Source: Microthyrium microscopicum (Eukaryota). Taken from it: a stretch of 64,000 nucleotides of DNA. The notes under the pieces are model-generated. The model was not told the origin of the DNA, ran no database searches, and saw nothing but the letters and a program-made list of their open reading frames with translations. The DNA is taken from the NCBI GenBank assembly GCA_010405405.1, contig MU004240.1, positions 1,208,882 to 1,272,881 of the forward strand. The letters run 5' to 3'. Shown here piece after piece: positions 13,774 through 26,903 of the stretch. The translations under genes and the position numbers were made by a program. How positions within the stretch are numbered: position 1 is the stretch's first letter; each line of letters begins with the position of its first letter.

Positions 13774-15241
13774 ATGAATTCCTCTTCGGATAGCCTTCAC
13801 CAGCCACCGAGGAAGACATCTCTATTGTCGTTTGTTGGTCGACGCACTAGGGTAAGAATCTTGTACATGCAACTTACAACATATACTAACGGCTGCAGAC
13901 CATTATTGGGGCTATAGTGGTCACCGTACTGCTTGTTGCGATAATAATCACACTGTCTGCGCTATACGGAACGCAGAGGGACAAGACACACGCAAATTCA
14001 GATTCTTCGCACAAGGCCTGGGAGCTCAAAAACTTCAAGACTCTAGTAGTTTTTGGCGACTCATACTCGGATGAAGGTCGAGGTCTTTACATCAATCAGC
14101 ATGGTACATGGCCTCCAGTTGGTTGGCAAAACCCGGTGGTGAGTCTAATACTAGCGTACGTAATGTTACCAATCTAACATGCTTTCAGACCGACTTATCG
14201 GCCGTCGGAGGTTATGTCTGGCCCAGATGGACTGCTTGGTATTCAGGAGGCGTGAGTGCAATGCACAACTATGCTGTCGGGGGCTCCGTCTGTTCTATCA
14301 CTGTCACTCCTAAGAACGGCATGGCTTACGATATTCAAAACGGCCAAATGTCTGCATTCCTTGCCGATATAAGAAACTCGACAATCGATGTTCCCGCTGA
14401 TGAAACGGTTTACGCGATCTGGATAGGCACCAACGATCTTGGAGTAGTCGGCTTTGTACAAGATGCCCAGGGGCCTGGTCAGACTTTAAACGATTATGTG
14501 GAATGCGTCTTCACCCAATTTGATCGTCTGTATCAAACAGGAGCACGAAAGTTTGTTTTGATGAACAATATTCCCCTCAATCGAGCACCGATGTACGCGC
14601 TCAAGAGCAATGGAGGGCTTCCGGTAGACCAGTACTGGCCAAATAAACCTAACAACTTGACAGCTATCAGCTATCGCATGGCCGAGATTATTCAATCAGT
14701 CAATACTGCTTTCAAGTATCAATCAGCTTATGAGATGGTAATTGGCAATCGATACAAAGGTGCTCAGATGGCATATTTCGATGTTCACAGTCTGGTAAAC
14801 TATTATCTCACTTTTAACCCAGTGGCTGATGACTAACTTTCTTCACTAGTTCATGGATATGTACAACTCGCCAAGTGAATACTTCAATGGCTCACAAGAA
14901 GCAACTGTGACCGTACCATGTCTTACTTGTAAAGATATGAATTATAACAACTGCACGCTAGTAGGCTGCATGGCGTAAGTATGCCCCCCCAAGTCTTCAG
15001 CCACTTTTGTTCGATACGCCGAAGTTTGTTATGCACCATTTGGCAGAACAGGATCTCGGATCAAAACTAGCTGAACAACATTTTTGGTACTTTAACGACA
15101 CCTGACTAATGATGTCCTAGGCCAGATGCTCATATGTGGTATGACGAGCTTCACCCCTCAGAACAATCAAGTCGAATGGTTGCCAAGGAGTTCACGAAGT
15201 TGGTCCAGGGAGATAGTTCATACGCAACATACTGGTCATGA
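13774..15241 (+). CDS. SGNH/GDSL esterase (carbohydrate esterase family 16-like acetylesterase) with N-terminal membrane anchor, 5 exons
   Basis: SGNH blocks LVVFGDSYSD, NYAVGGSVC, IWIGTNDL and MWYDELHPS. Hydrophobic segment TIIGAIVVTVLLVAIIITLSALY. An in-frame upstream ATG at 13654 is an alternative start. Confidence 0.88.
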
Positions 15242-16080
15242 GCTGTCAGAGAACGATTGATGATTACTTGATTATGCTTGCGAGATACCCCAAGCGCGGA
15301 TTACCTTTTTTGGCTGTAGATAGAGACCGCCTTGAATATTTGATGTGCACTGATTTTTCCACTGCGCATAAAACTACTCATAGAGGTATAGAGTCAATAG
15401 TAATAGATAGATCTAGGTAGCAAAGCGCTAGCAAAGCGCACACCCAACCGGGTGACAAAATAGATGGCGCGCTCTTATTAAGTATGATGTCTCCTATTGC
15501 ATCTCTTTAAAGCTACTTCAAATCCCAACAGATTCAGTGAGGAATCGAGTGTTATGCACATTGAAAAGAACATAATATACCTTGGCACAAAACGTAGCAG
15601 ATAGCAGACATCAAACTTGATGGGAGCGTGCCATTTATTTTGTCGCCCAGTTGACACTTGTCTAAGAGAGTACTATTACCCATCATGTTCCTAGGAAAGA
15701 ATTCATTTGAATCCCAAAAATCATGGACACATAAAAGGGGGTATACTTACCTATTCTTGACTGCTGGATCCAAACCGAGTTTATTATTAGTCAACAAGAA
15801 GGATAGGTATATGGCTATTCTAAGAAAGCAGTACACCATCACTGACGGAAAGTGAAGAACAGTCTCAAGTTCTGAAGCGCAAGGCTGAAGTCAAAGCCAA
15901 CGGACCTATAAGGCTTGAATAGAAAGGGGTTTAGCGCGCTATTGCGCTAACCCCTGTCGCGCAACTACAGTCCAGTACATCCAAAAAGCCAGGTCTCGCA
16001 GTCCGCCCTGAACACCACCACTATTCTCCGTTCGCAAACTACTTCTATCACTTCCTTTATCTTCTTCTCCCATAGTCATC

Positions 16081-17662
16081 ATGGCTCTCGCTCCAAAGTC
16101 CGAGTCTATTCGTATTTTTGATAAGCTCAAGCAAAAGCCCGCAAACAAGGTTAATCAATCCTCCGAGACCGTTGGGCACCGCAGTACACTAACTAGTCAT
16201 AGATATGCTTCGACTGTGGCGCAAAGAATCCTACCTGGACATCAGTTCCCTTCGGCATCTACCTTTGTCTCGACTGCTCCGCGGTACATCGTAATCTAGG
16301 CGTTCACATTTCCTTTGTGCGCTCAACGAACCTAGATCGTAAGACCTCGGTCAACTTATAACAGCGGTCGTATAACTGATGATTTTCTTAGTTTGGCAAT
16401 GGGAACAGCTTCGAAACTTCAAGGTCGGTGGGAATGAGTCGGCTACAAAATACTTCCAAACACATGGTGGCTCCGCCGCTCTCTCTAGTAAAGACGCCAC
16501 CGTCAAATACACATCCAACGCGGCAAAGAAATATAAAGAGGAGTTACAAAGACGGAGCGCTGTGGACGCCAAAGAATACCCCAACGAAGTTATCCTCGGC
16601 GAATCTGCGGAGGATACCACCAGTGACGCTAACACACCAGCTGGCGAGCCATCAGACGACTTCTTTTCTTCATGGGATAAGCCTACAATCAAGCGCCCTA
16701 GTAATCCACCTTCGAGGACAGGCACTCCTGCTAGCATAGGCCGTACTGCAAGTCCCTTCCTTACCGCTGGCGGCCCTAATGGCAGCCGACCAAAATCTCC
16801 AAATACCGCATCAGAATCCGCGCCTCGACCCACTACAACTTCCTCCGCCATCCGTAAGACGGCCGCTGCCGGCGCTGCGGCCCGCAAACCCAATATCCTC
16901 GGTGCTAAGAAAAATAAGCTGGGCGCAAAGAAAGTAGTGGCCGCGGACGCCGATCTCGACTTTGATGCCGCTGAGCGTAAAGCCAAAGAGGAAGCAGAGC
17001 GCATCGAGAAACTCGGCTACAATCCTGATGATGAAGAAGCGTCCAAGGGTATTAAATCAGCTGCTGCTGTAGAGAAGAACATTGCTAGTCCTACACCAAT
17101 AAGCCCTACACTATCCAGTACAAAGGGTCCCGATCGCGCCAGTGCGGATGTAGAGCGTCTAGGCATGAGTGTGAATCGACTAGGATTTGGTCAAGTGGCG
17201 GCAGCAAAGAAGCCAGCAGCAGCAAAGAAAGCACCAGGCATGGGCTTTGGCTCCACTAGCCGCGCCAAAGAAGGTAAAGAACAAAAGTTCCTTATCTTCA
17301 ATATTCGCTAATTATCTGCAGACGAATCACAGCAATTTGCTCGCCAGAAGTTCGGCACCCAGAAAGGCATCAGCTCCGACGAGTTCTTTGGCCGCGCTGC
17401 TTTTGATCCATCACAACAGGCTGAAGCCAAAGGCCGTCTCCAAGGCTTTGAAGGCGCTACCGCCATCTCAAGCAACGCCTACTTCGGGCGGCCAGAGGAG
17501 GACTTTAACGCCGAAGATTATGGCGACATGGAGACGGCGGCTAAGGATTTCGTGCGTCGATTCGGTCTCACTGCTGGTGAAGATTTAGAAAACTTGACGC
17601 ATTTGATGGGCGAGGGTGCGACAAAGCTGCAGGGAGCTATTCGCAATTACTTGAACGGTTAG
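16081..17662 (+). CDS. GLO3: ADP-ribosylation factor GTPase-activating protein (Glo3/ArfGAP2-3 type), 4 exons
   Basis: ArfGAP zinc finger [11 protein letters not shown]...[25 protein letters not shown]. Glo3-type motifs [23 protein letters not shown] and [14 protein letters not shown]. Confidence 0.95.
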
Positions 17663-18139
17663 GTTGGTGGGACTATGGTAGATGATGGGATAGGTGCATG
17701 TAATGATGAAGCTGATGAATACAGGCTGTTTTCTGTTTGAATGCAATAGGATGTCTGCACGGCATTAGATATCAGTATTTGTAGTGTTTGTGGGAAACCC
17801 TGTCATTGCATATTAGTATCCGATTGGTGTGAAGTTTGATCCATCTATTCGTTATTTCTACATTGATTCGTAAAGACTACTCGTGGCCGCCATCAGGTCT
17901 TTTTCCTATGCCGAGAAATACACAACCCCATCATATACAACCGCCTCCCAGAGTACACAACAGCAAATAACTTGCTACGCCATAAGAATGTTTAGCTTTG
18001 CTTTGCGGAACGCCAGAGCGGATTTCCGCTGTGCTGTGCCCACAAAGCCATGAGAACAAGGATACCGTAACATCTGCAAAGGAACAAACTCCTAGCCATA
18101 CTCCTTTGGTTGGTGGAAACGACTCGAAATAGACCAATT

Positions 18140-19572
18140 CTACGAGCTCGACGAAGCTGCGGCACCAAAGCCAGCACCTTCAGCCTCCCCTACAGTGTGA
18201 CCGTCTTCTATTCTCAGCGCCTGCAGACCATCCAGGGACACCCGCACAGCACCCGCCTGTACCAGCGCACGCTGCAAATCATCAATCAAATCCTCTGCAT
18301 CCTCAATACCGACGCAGAGACGTATTATGTCCTCCGGCATATTGCGTTCCGCGCGCGTCTTGGGATCAATGCTCGCATGACTCATGCGGCATGGCATAGA
18401 AATCAGGCTGTTGACGCAGCCAAATGAGACACTAATAGCCCAGAGTCGGGCGCTCTCCACGATGCGTTCGGACAGCTTGATATCGCCCGTTTCAAAGGCG
18501 AGTACTGCGCCGGCTCCACGGGCCATTTTATGAAAGAGCTCGTACTGTGGGTGTGACTTGAGACCTGGGTAACGAACGCGGAAGCCGTGGGACTCGAGGA
18601 ACTGCGCGATGCGCATGGTATTGGATTGCTGTTTCTCCATGCGGACGGACAGAGTTTTGATGCCACGGAGGAGGAGCCATGAGTCAAAGGGGGATAAGGC
18701 GCAGCCGGAGGCGTTGATGGTAAAGTAGAGGCGTTCGCCGAGGGCAGAATCGTTGACGGCGATTACGCCTGCCATAAGGTCGTGATGGCCGGAGAGATAT
18801 TTGGTGCCAGACTCGTAGTGGATGTCAGCGCCAAGGTCCAATGGGTTTTGGAGCATGGGCGATAGCATAGTGTTGTCAACGGCAATGATCGCGGATGGGT
18901 TTTTGGCGCGGGCGTAGCTGGCAATGGTGGCAATGTCGACGACTTGCATCAAAGGGTTGGTGGGTGTTTCGAGTAAAACCATTGCCGTCTTGTCGGTGAT
19001 AGTATCACGAACACACTCGGCGTTGGTTGTGTCGATGTGGTGGACTATGATCCCGCCATTTTTGCCCAGATATGTTAGGAGTCGGTTTGTACCTCCATAC
19101 ACATCGAGGCCAGTTACGACTTCATCGCCTGGTTTGAGTAAACGAGTGATGACATCCAGAGCTCCCATTCCTGAAGAAACCACTAGAGCTCGCGATGCAT
19201 TCATAATTTTGGCTAGATGCCGCTCCAGGTGGGTTCTGGTCGGGTTACCGGATCGTGTATAATCATACTCCTCTCCGCCACCACTCAGCGTCTGTTTAAA
19301 TGTTGCCGACTAAAATATATCGTTAGCCTCAATTTTGGAAGACTCATAAAGGCTCTCGTAGAGCGTCTGACCTGATAAATCGGAACACTACTGGAGTTAT
19401 ACTGATCATTATGCTCGGTATATACAAGCTCTGTAGCTAGAGCATACTTTCGGCCATTTCGTGGACTTGACGAGGCTGGTGATGGTGGAAGATCATGGCC
19501 ATCAAGATCGAACTTCTGGACAAGCTTTGTCGGGAGACTCGGTCCGCCTTTTGAAGGATCTGGTGAGGCCAT
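18140..19572 (-). CDS. STR3: Cystathionine beta-lyase (PLP-dependent), 2 exons
   Basis: Motifs SSVPIYQ/SATFKQ, YDYTRSGNPTR, LLETPTNP, VDNTMLSP, ESGTKYLSGHHD (PLP lysine) and SVSFGCVNSLISMP. First ATG at 19572; intron about 19372-19310. Confidence 0.93.
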
Positions 19573-20962
19573 TTTATTATGATATGGCACTGTATTCGAG
19601 GTATCGGTACTAAGTACTACTATCTTCTGGTCGGGAGTTGAGAACCCGGCTGTGGATGTCGGAGTGGCCAATTATCGAGCAAAACAGTCGAAGAGCAACG
19701 AATTCGCAAGAGAACAGAGTAGCGAGTATGTTTTGTATTTGTACGGCTCGATCAGAAGTGTTTTTGGGGATTGAAAATGGAGGAAAAGGTAGTGAGACAA
19801 AGTTCTGTGACTGTGTGAGCCGAATTTAAGCTTGCCCACCTGTGATTTAATTGGGTCGTCAAATGGCGTCACCAGACCGCCTAATTTGGCGACGACGACC
19901 CTCAAAGACGAGAAAATATCTTTACTGATATCGATGGTCAGAACAACGTGTCAATCGTCAAACAACCAACTTTTCATCAAGCTGAGAATCAAAATATGAC
20001 TTTAAGCCGCAAATCTCCGAACAACCGCTGTTGGATCTAGGGAGTGGGATTGTGGGGGGTAACACCATGAGCAGTGGAGCACAACCACGGCCAACAGGGT
20101 AACTCCTCCTCAATGCCTGATAGCAGGTAGCTCATGCAGCGATTTAAGCCGCCGGGGTCTTTAATGCGTCTAATTGTTCGATTGAAAGACATGTACTAGG
20201 TTATACTACGCGTCTATAGACGAGGCTACTTCAGTGGGACCAGCAACTACTATGTACATATCAAGCTCTCTATGCATGGTAAGCACTCAAGGCACTCTAC
20301 TCGACCTAATTTGTCGTGAAGTTAACAAGGGGAGACCACGGCAATGCTAACAGGCTCGAAAACATAGGAGATAGCGATCAAATCAAAAGACTGCTCTCTC
20401 TTTGAACTGGCCATTTCCGCTGCATCTCCCCTCATCACCAACTGGACTAGGCCGTCCCCACGAAGTAAAAGTTGAAAACGACTGAGCACATGAGTTTGCA
20501 AATATATTCATTATATCATCATTAACAGCTGGGTATATTGATTTCCGAAAATCCCGCGCCCATCGCCTAGTCAGTAATGTAGCCGAACACACCAACAAAC
20601 ATCCCTCATCATCATGCCAGTTTTGCAACTGTTTCCTTCATCCGTCCTTTCATAAAATGCAATGACCAAAACCAATCATTACAGCCAAAGAAAAATAACA
20701 ATATGATAACCGAATATTCATGATTTGAAAAGGGACCAATGCTTTTTTTCCACTGCCCTCCGAATCGAGACCTGTTTTTTCCTACTCCTTATCATACACC
20801 CAAAAATGCCCGTTATTTCCCAAAAAGGCCCGTTCCGGAGGTATCATTTTTAAATACAGAAAAGGTGCCAAAAAAAAAGATTCAATGCAAGAAAAGATTC
20901 CCCGATATACAACCTTAGAAACCGAAAAATATCAAGGTCAGAAAGGGACCTTCAGATTGCCA

Positions 20963-22405
20963 TCAGTGGAAGGAGTTGCCTCCTCGTCGACCACCGGTAC
21001 CAGCTTCTTGGCGGGTTTGGCCGCCACCGGCTGCCCATTTCTGGAGCTTGGCTACGAACTTTTGGGCTTCTTCGTGGTCGAATTTCTCGTAGAGAAAGGT
21101 GTAGAATTCGGGGAGGGAGAAGTTGGAGTTGCGACTTGTTGGACTGCCTCGAAGATGGGTCTTGAAGTGTTCGCGGAGGTTGTCTTTTCTGCCTTGGAAT
21201 CGTTTGCCGCAGTTGGGCGCTGGACAGTAGTAGAAGATTTCACCGCTGTGAGTGTCCATGTGTCGCTTCAGGTGCTCAACTCTCTGGAACTTCTTGCCGC
21301 AGATGTCACCGTCGGAAGTCGTAAAATCGCACTCGTGTCGTTTTGGGGCTGGCATGTTGACATCGATGGGCAGACCTCTGTACTGGGGATGATGCTCTAG
21401 TAGAGAGGCTTGGTTCTCCTTTTGCTTCTTTATCCGCTTTCGCTGGATTCGATGGGCTCGCTTTTCTTCTTGCGAGCGGCGTGTGGGTGTGTAGTTTGCA
21501 GCACTCATGGAGGAATCTGTATGATCAGCTTCGTGGTCCATGATGATTGAAGAGTCGAGGCCATCATCGGCCAAGGTGGAGCTTTGGTAGGAGTGGCTGT
21601 ATGTTTGATGGGATGGACTTCGAAAATGCATTTCTGATCCGGAATCAGTGTCCATCATGGACTTTGCCTCTACCGGATCCATCAACGTCTGTGATGGGAC
21701 GATGGTAGAAGAGCTGTTGAGAGAGTATGAATGGCTGACTGGAGGCCAATGGCTTCCATTCACGCTATGGCCGTATGAAGGAAGAGGTGAGCTGTTGAGG
21801 AGTGGACCGACGAAGGCCGAGTTGGGGTATGAGCCTGATGCTGAGATCTGGGAATTGAATTCATCATCATTCCAGTTCTTTGGAAAAGCTGAATTGAGCC
21901 TGGTGGTATCCTCAGTTCGGGGCAAAAACTGGCTGCCGTAGATGTTTGTGAGTTGCGGCGCCTGAATGGCACTGTGGGTTGAGTAGCTACTTGGTAGCTG
22001 GTCATGGATGTCATGGTCCCGGAAAGATAAACTGGTCCATGCTGGCGTAGAGGTATGCTCTCGTGAGGAATTGAGCATTCGAGAATGCAGAGGACTGGAG
22101 ATCATGTCGATATGATCGAACGGCTTTTCGAGTTCTTGGCTAGGCACCATCATATACGGGCTTACTGGCATCCCATGATATGGTGGAGTTGTTGGCTCCT
22201 GTGACTGAAAAGAGCTTCCACTTGAACCCTGAGAGCTGGAGGCGGAAGACCAAGTCGATGAGAAGTTGGATGTGCGACGAGATGTGGCGGAGAGAGGCGT
22301 TAGAAGCCCGACTGGAGACAGAGGTCTCTTGCTTTCTGTGTCGACGTCTGTGTTCAAACTCAAGAGGCCAGGTCCACTGTATCGTTTTGCTAACGAGACA
22401 GACAT
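20963..22405 (-). CDS. C2H2 zinc-finger transcription factor (two fingers, BrlA-like)
   Basis: 480-aa ORF with a Ser/Pro-rich N-terminus. C-terminal fingers C..C..KFQRVEHLKRHMDTH and CPAPNCGKRFQGRKDNLREHFKTH. Confidence 0.85.
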   Translation of the reverse strand: MSVSLAKRYSGPGLLSLNTDVDTESKRPLSPVGLLTPLSATSRRTSNFSSTWSSASSSQGSSGSSFQSQEPTTPPYHGMPVSPYMMVPSQELEKPFDHIDMISSPLHSRMLNSSREHTSTPAWTSLSFRDHDIHDQLPSSYSTHSAIQAPQLTNIYGSQFLPRTEDTTRLNSAFPKNWNDDEFNSQISASGSYPNSAFVGPLLNSSPLPSYGHSVNGSHWPPVSHSYSLNSSSTIVPSQTLMDPVEAKSMMDTDSGSEMHFRSPSHQTYSHSYQSSTLADDGLDSSIIMDHEADHTDSSMSAANYTPTRRSQEEKRAHRIQRKRIKKQKENQASLLEHHPQYRGLPIDVNMPAPKRHECDFTTSDGDICGKKFQRVEHLKRHMDTHSGEIFYYCPAPNCGKRFQGRKDNLREHFKTHLRGSPTSRNSNFSLPEFYTFLYEKFDHEEAQKFVAKLQKWAAGGGQTRQEAGTGGRRGGNSFH

Positions 22406-25153
22406 ATTCTATCGAGTGTGAGTTGCGGAAGGACAAAGGATGGTCCAAATCAGAGACACATTCCAACAGAGTTGAACGTACAGGAGAAAGAGCTTGGGTG
22501 ATGGTTGGTCTGATCGAGAATGGTGAGGCAGAACCCCTTTATGATATGGCTCAGCACTTGCGGGTCAGACTTCAAGTATGAGACTATCGAAGCTGTGAAA
22601 CGGGCCTGAATCTTTTTCAAGATATCCCCAACCTGCAGCTGCCAAATTGCCAAAGACGTAGTCGTTTCTGGCGGAATGAGATGTGGGGCAAAGGCTTTCT
22701 TCACGATCTGTGGATCTGGTATGGGGGAGGGGATAGTCTACTCCAGGTTTTGACGCCACCGACTGAAGGGGGATTTAATCGTCTTGCCTCATAAACCGAT
22801 AGCCTGGACCATGAGCAAGGGGTAGATACTGCGCAGGAACCAACACACTAGGCAGACCAAGGCAGGCAGCAAGAGGAAAGACTAAAAGACTATCACAGGG
22901 CCTTGCAGAGAACTCGTCAAGTTTTATATCGTACAGCACGGTACCTTGCAGTGAACTATTAAACTGGAGGATGGCAGGTAACGTTATTGGGAATGCCGAG
23001 CTACTGTACTGATTGCTCGATATGTCAAATCATTCCTGGAAACATAGACATTGGTGGCTGATACAAAGTCACTCATTACAGCAGAATATTACCACAAAGA
23101 CTGAAATACAGTCCATGCTCAAAGCATGTAAAGCACGCCATGAAGCACACACTCTCAAATGCATGTCATTGAGGCCTGCGTCAACACCAAACGCGATCGA
23201 CCCGCCGTTGATGTACCTAATTCCTTCTCTTTCCTCTATCTTTCAGATTACGAAAAGAACCGTGGGACTACTCAATGGACGACTATCGTTCCAATAAAAT
23301 GCTGTTATCAAGACATTGGGTAGCACAGCCATGTGAAGCTCAGGGTACTCAGCATCCAATGCAGTTGCAGCAGCCTATTGTTTGAACGAGTGAATACTCT
23401 TGCATTTGGTACTCTCCCACGTTGCAGTAGGCCCAGCCGCCGGCTTTCCTCTCCGGATCCCGGACAGGAATGGGGCAAAAACTTCTGGAATACAGAACCA
23501 CTGTCTGTCACTTAAAACTATCCACTGGATTCCAGATTCTTGGTAATTGACAACCTGCCGTCAATTCCGCATTGGGCTAGAGACTTAGCAAACGGCTACT
23601 CGCAGCTGTCAAAGCTGTCAAAGACTTCCAAGCCAATTGTCAAGAGCTATCTGGCACGTTAGCTTCACGAGACTGGACAGTGACCTCGGCCGGTTCAAGT
23701 CCTAGTTCCTTGGCCATTGACCAAACGATAGCTTCTACTATTCTAGAACTATGCTTGAAGATTTTGATCGCGGTGGGAGGCCTTGCCTATGTCGGCCACC
23801 ATAGGTAGTACAACAAGCATTTGCACCTGCATCGTCGCATGGACCTCGAGATGCTCATGGCACTCCAACCACTCTGAACCTTTTGAACCTTTTGAGGGGA
23901 TGGACGGTAAAGGTTAGGTTTCAAAAACTGCTCTGGAATGAGACTGTCAAAGAGCCGTTGTGCGCCCCCATTCCTCTGTATTTTGTGCAAAGACCAGAGC
24001 CGCAAACAGATCTGGTTGCAGTTCTGGGCCCCTAATAATATGAATCTCTAGGCAAGCCACCGGGTGTTTTCAACGCCATGCAGACTTTGAAGAAATCGCG
24101 GCTAATAGCCACAGATTACTGTTAACCGCGTGGGTACAACTGAGAGAGTTGTAGATTTGATACGGGGCCATCTCTTTATCTTGTGCTACCATACGATCTT
24201 GGTTGACGACATCAGAATGAGAAAGTCTTTTTGAGTAGGATCTTTGTGTATCCACAGGCTCACATCTGGAGCACATTTCAATATTGGCCTTGACCAAGTC
24301 ACAAACAGTCTCTGAGCACCTGAATTCTTCATGGCTGTCTGCTCAAGATCGCCATCAAAAACCGCGCTAGCCATGTTCCACGACAACGTCTCTGCGCATT
24401 TTTTAGGCCTTCTGGCATGTGTCGTTCTGCCGTTGTTTTCACGTTCAGGTGTAATATGATCACGGCATCTGATATGCGAGTAAAGTAGGATTGCAGACGT
24501 TGAGCATCTCGTAGTGCAACCAGCAGCCTCTTCTACTCCGTGGGGCCTGGTTTCTCATCACCAGGTTTGAAATAGTTCGCGCTTAAACGCACATTTATTC
24601 CGTTGAAACTTCCGACGCACTTATGGCTTGCAGCTTGGCATCGCTGTATGCTATTTCTTAAGTTAGATTACTCCACACGGCGAACATTCCAACCGACGAC
24701 CGTCCATTATTCTCAGGCAACCAAGTGCGACAATCCAGATTGCGAACGTGGAGAGATAGACACGAAAACTGACGCATCAGAGTACGCCTCTTTCAGTGAT
24801 TGAAGATTGAATTGACTTGCTTAGAAAGGACTTCCACAGCATGCTCTCCACACCACCCTGACATGGGTGAGATATTCTCAGATGGACAAGGTTCACTGAC
24901 ATTTCTTTGTCTGCAGCTCAAGAAAATCCTGGCGCAAACAGGTGTTCGTAGTGAGCTTCCCATGTCACTCACTCAGTTATGACACGTCGAAAACGAAGCA
25001 GTCTTTGTTACCGACACACCAAGATCTTCTTGATCTGCTTCAGTGACTCTTCAGACATATTCTAGTGGCTCATTGTCCATGGCAATGATATAGTTGGAAT
25101 GTTGTGAGCGGCCATTCTTCCTACATTTATCAGCACAGTCCATCAGAAAAACA

Positions 25154-26386
25154 ATGTCCACTACAATCCTGGGGAAACCAGATTCTGCTGGTCGAAAACG
25201 AAGCGCCACAAGACTCGTATCGCGCATCCCTGTTGAGGATATCGTAAGTAGTCTTCACACCTATGGCGCCATTGACGCCAAAGAGACCCATGAGTGCAAC
25301 CTCAAGGGCACAATCCCAGACCTTCTTCAGAGCTGGATCTATGATATTGGCGCGGACCATCCAATTCACAGTCCTATCAGAGACAAGGTTTACAATCTTC
25401 CGAGATACCTTGAAGTCTACGGAAACATGAAGAACATCCTAAAACTAGCAGCAAAGCTGATGTATCACGAGAGTCTCCACCACTTTTGGGTAGCCCTGAT
25501 ATGTGGCAGTAATGGGCCTGAATTGAATCAAGCACAGAGACTCGAGGAATCAAAGGTCTTCCTAGAACAACTGGCTGAGAGGATAAAGATAGGTTTCTTC
25601 CATATACCCTTTGACATGAGTAAATCCGCCACGAAAGTCTTCTGCTTTTCGAGCGCCACAGGTAAGATCGTTAAACGAAAGATCGATATCCCACTCAATC
25701 TACGCTGGTCAACCCCAACCTCTCCCTCTCCCGACAGTACCTCACCACCAGCAGCTTCTCGTCGACGAGCACGCAGTTTCTCCATCACATTACCATCCCA
25801 ACAACGCGTCCAACGACCATCCATCTTCTTCCCCCCACCCTTCCGCCAAACCCTCGACGGCCTATCAGCCCTCCCTCCCGAACACCAACAGCGCTTTGAA
25901 CTGTACTTTGCAGTGTCCCTCGTTTCCGCGCTCGCTGAAGCTACCGTAAAGGTACTCACCGGGCAAGGTAAAGTGCACCAAGGAGAGAACCCCGGCCAAG
26001 CCTGGCAACGCAGTGTGTTCGGCGGAGTGATAATAGAGCAAAACTATGATCCGATAGCATGGCAGTCTGACAAAATTGCCAGCATATTACCTTATGCGTA
26101 CGGTGAAGTAGCTGCCGCAGGATTGATTCTTGACCGATCGATGTGTGCTGACGAGACACCGCTGAGAGATATTAGCACGTTGGCGCTGCTTAGGATGGAT
26201 TGGATATCTTCGTTGCTTCGTGAAGAGACGTGGCAAGATCTGTCCACAGAACAAGGTGCTTCGTCAAAATGCAGTGGCAGCTTTATGGATGGCGCGCTTG
26301 ATGAGGACGTGCGATATGATAGGCTTGTTGGTACAGATCCTAAGTTGGGCACTGGATTCGTTATATGGCCGACTCTCGATCACTAG
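25154..26386 (+). CDS. Hypothetical protein (intronless, about 410 aa), possibly with a degenerate zincin-like domain
   Basis: Long uninterrupted ORF; first ATG at 25154. Contains FAVSLVSALAEA...GENPGQAWQRSVFGG. Confidence 0.7.
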   Translation: MSTTILGKPDSAGRKRSATRLVSRIPVEDIVSSLHTYGAIDAKETHECNLKGTIPDLLQSWIYDIGADHPIHSPIRDKVYNLPRYLEVYGNMKNILKLAAKLMYHESLHHFWVALICGSNGPELNQAQRLEESKVFLEQLAERIKIGFFHIPFDMSKSATKVFCFSSATGKIVKRKIDIPLNLRWSTPTSPSPDSTSPPAASRRRARSFSITLPSQQRVQRPSIFFPPPFRQTLDGLSALPPEHQQRFELYFAVSLVSALAEATVKVLTGQGKVHQGENPGQAWQRSVFGGVIIEQNYDPIAWQSDKIASILPYAYGEVAAAGLILDRSMCADETPLRDISTLALLRMDWISSLLREETWQDLSTEQGASSKCSGSFMDGALDEDVRYDRLVGTDPKLGTGFVIWPTLDH

Positions 26387-26903
26387 AATACATACCTTAG
26401 AGTACATAGAAAACATGAGAGAGCCCGAATGGAGAGGAACTTATTGCCTCCCATCAAAAATGAAGGAAAACCTCTACCTATCACTGGGCATTGAAATCAA
26501 TCTCAAGTCACATGAAGAAGGAACCAAATCAATAGGTAATGAGGATCGATTAACCATGATTCCCTAGACGAAACTACAATAGGAAAACTAGGATTCGCTC
26601 TTTTGTGAAATAATGCCCAGCAAGAAAATACATAGGATTCAATGGAATCGGAAACTAACCCAGCCGTAACACCACAGCCTAGAATCAAAGCCCAAGCTAA
26701 ATCGTACTTTCTGAAGAATTCGAAGAATCAGATTCGGACGATGGCAGCCGTACATTCTCAGCCGAGACATACTCCTCCGCATCCGCATCCGAATCCCAAG
26801 GAGTTGCAACATGTCTGAGAGCCGATGGCTTACGTACAGGCTGCGACGCACGACTAGCCCCAGTGGCAGTGCGCGACGGAGTACTGGGCTCAGGAGGCGT
26901 ATC

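Noticed and set aside
24070..25090. Short ORFs upstream of the hypothetical gene
   Set aside because: No supportable splice model or homology.
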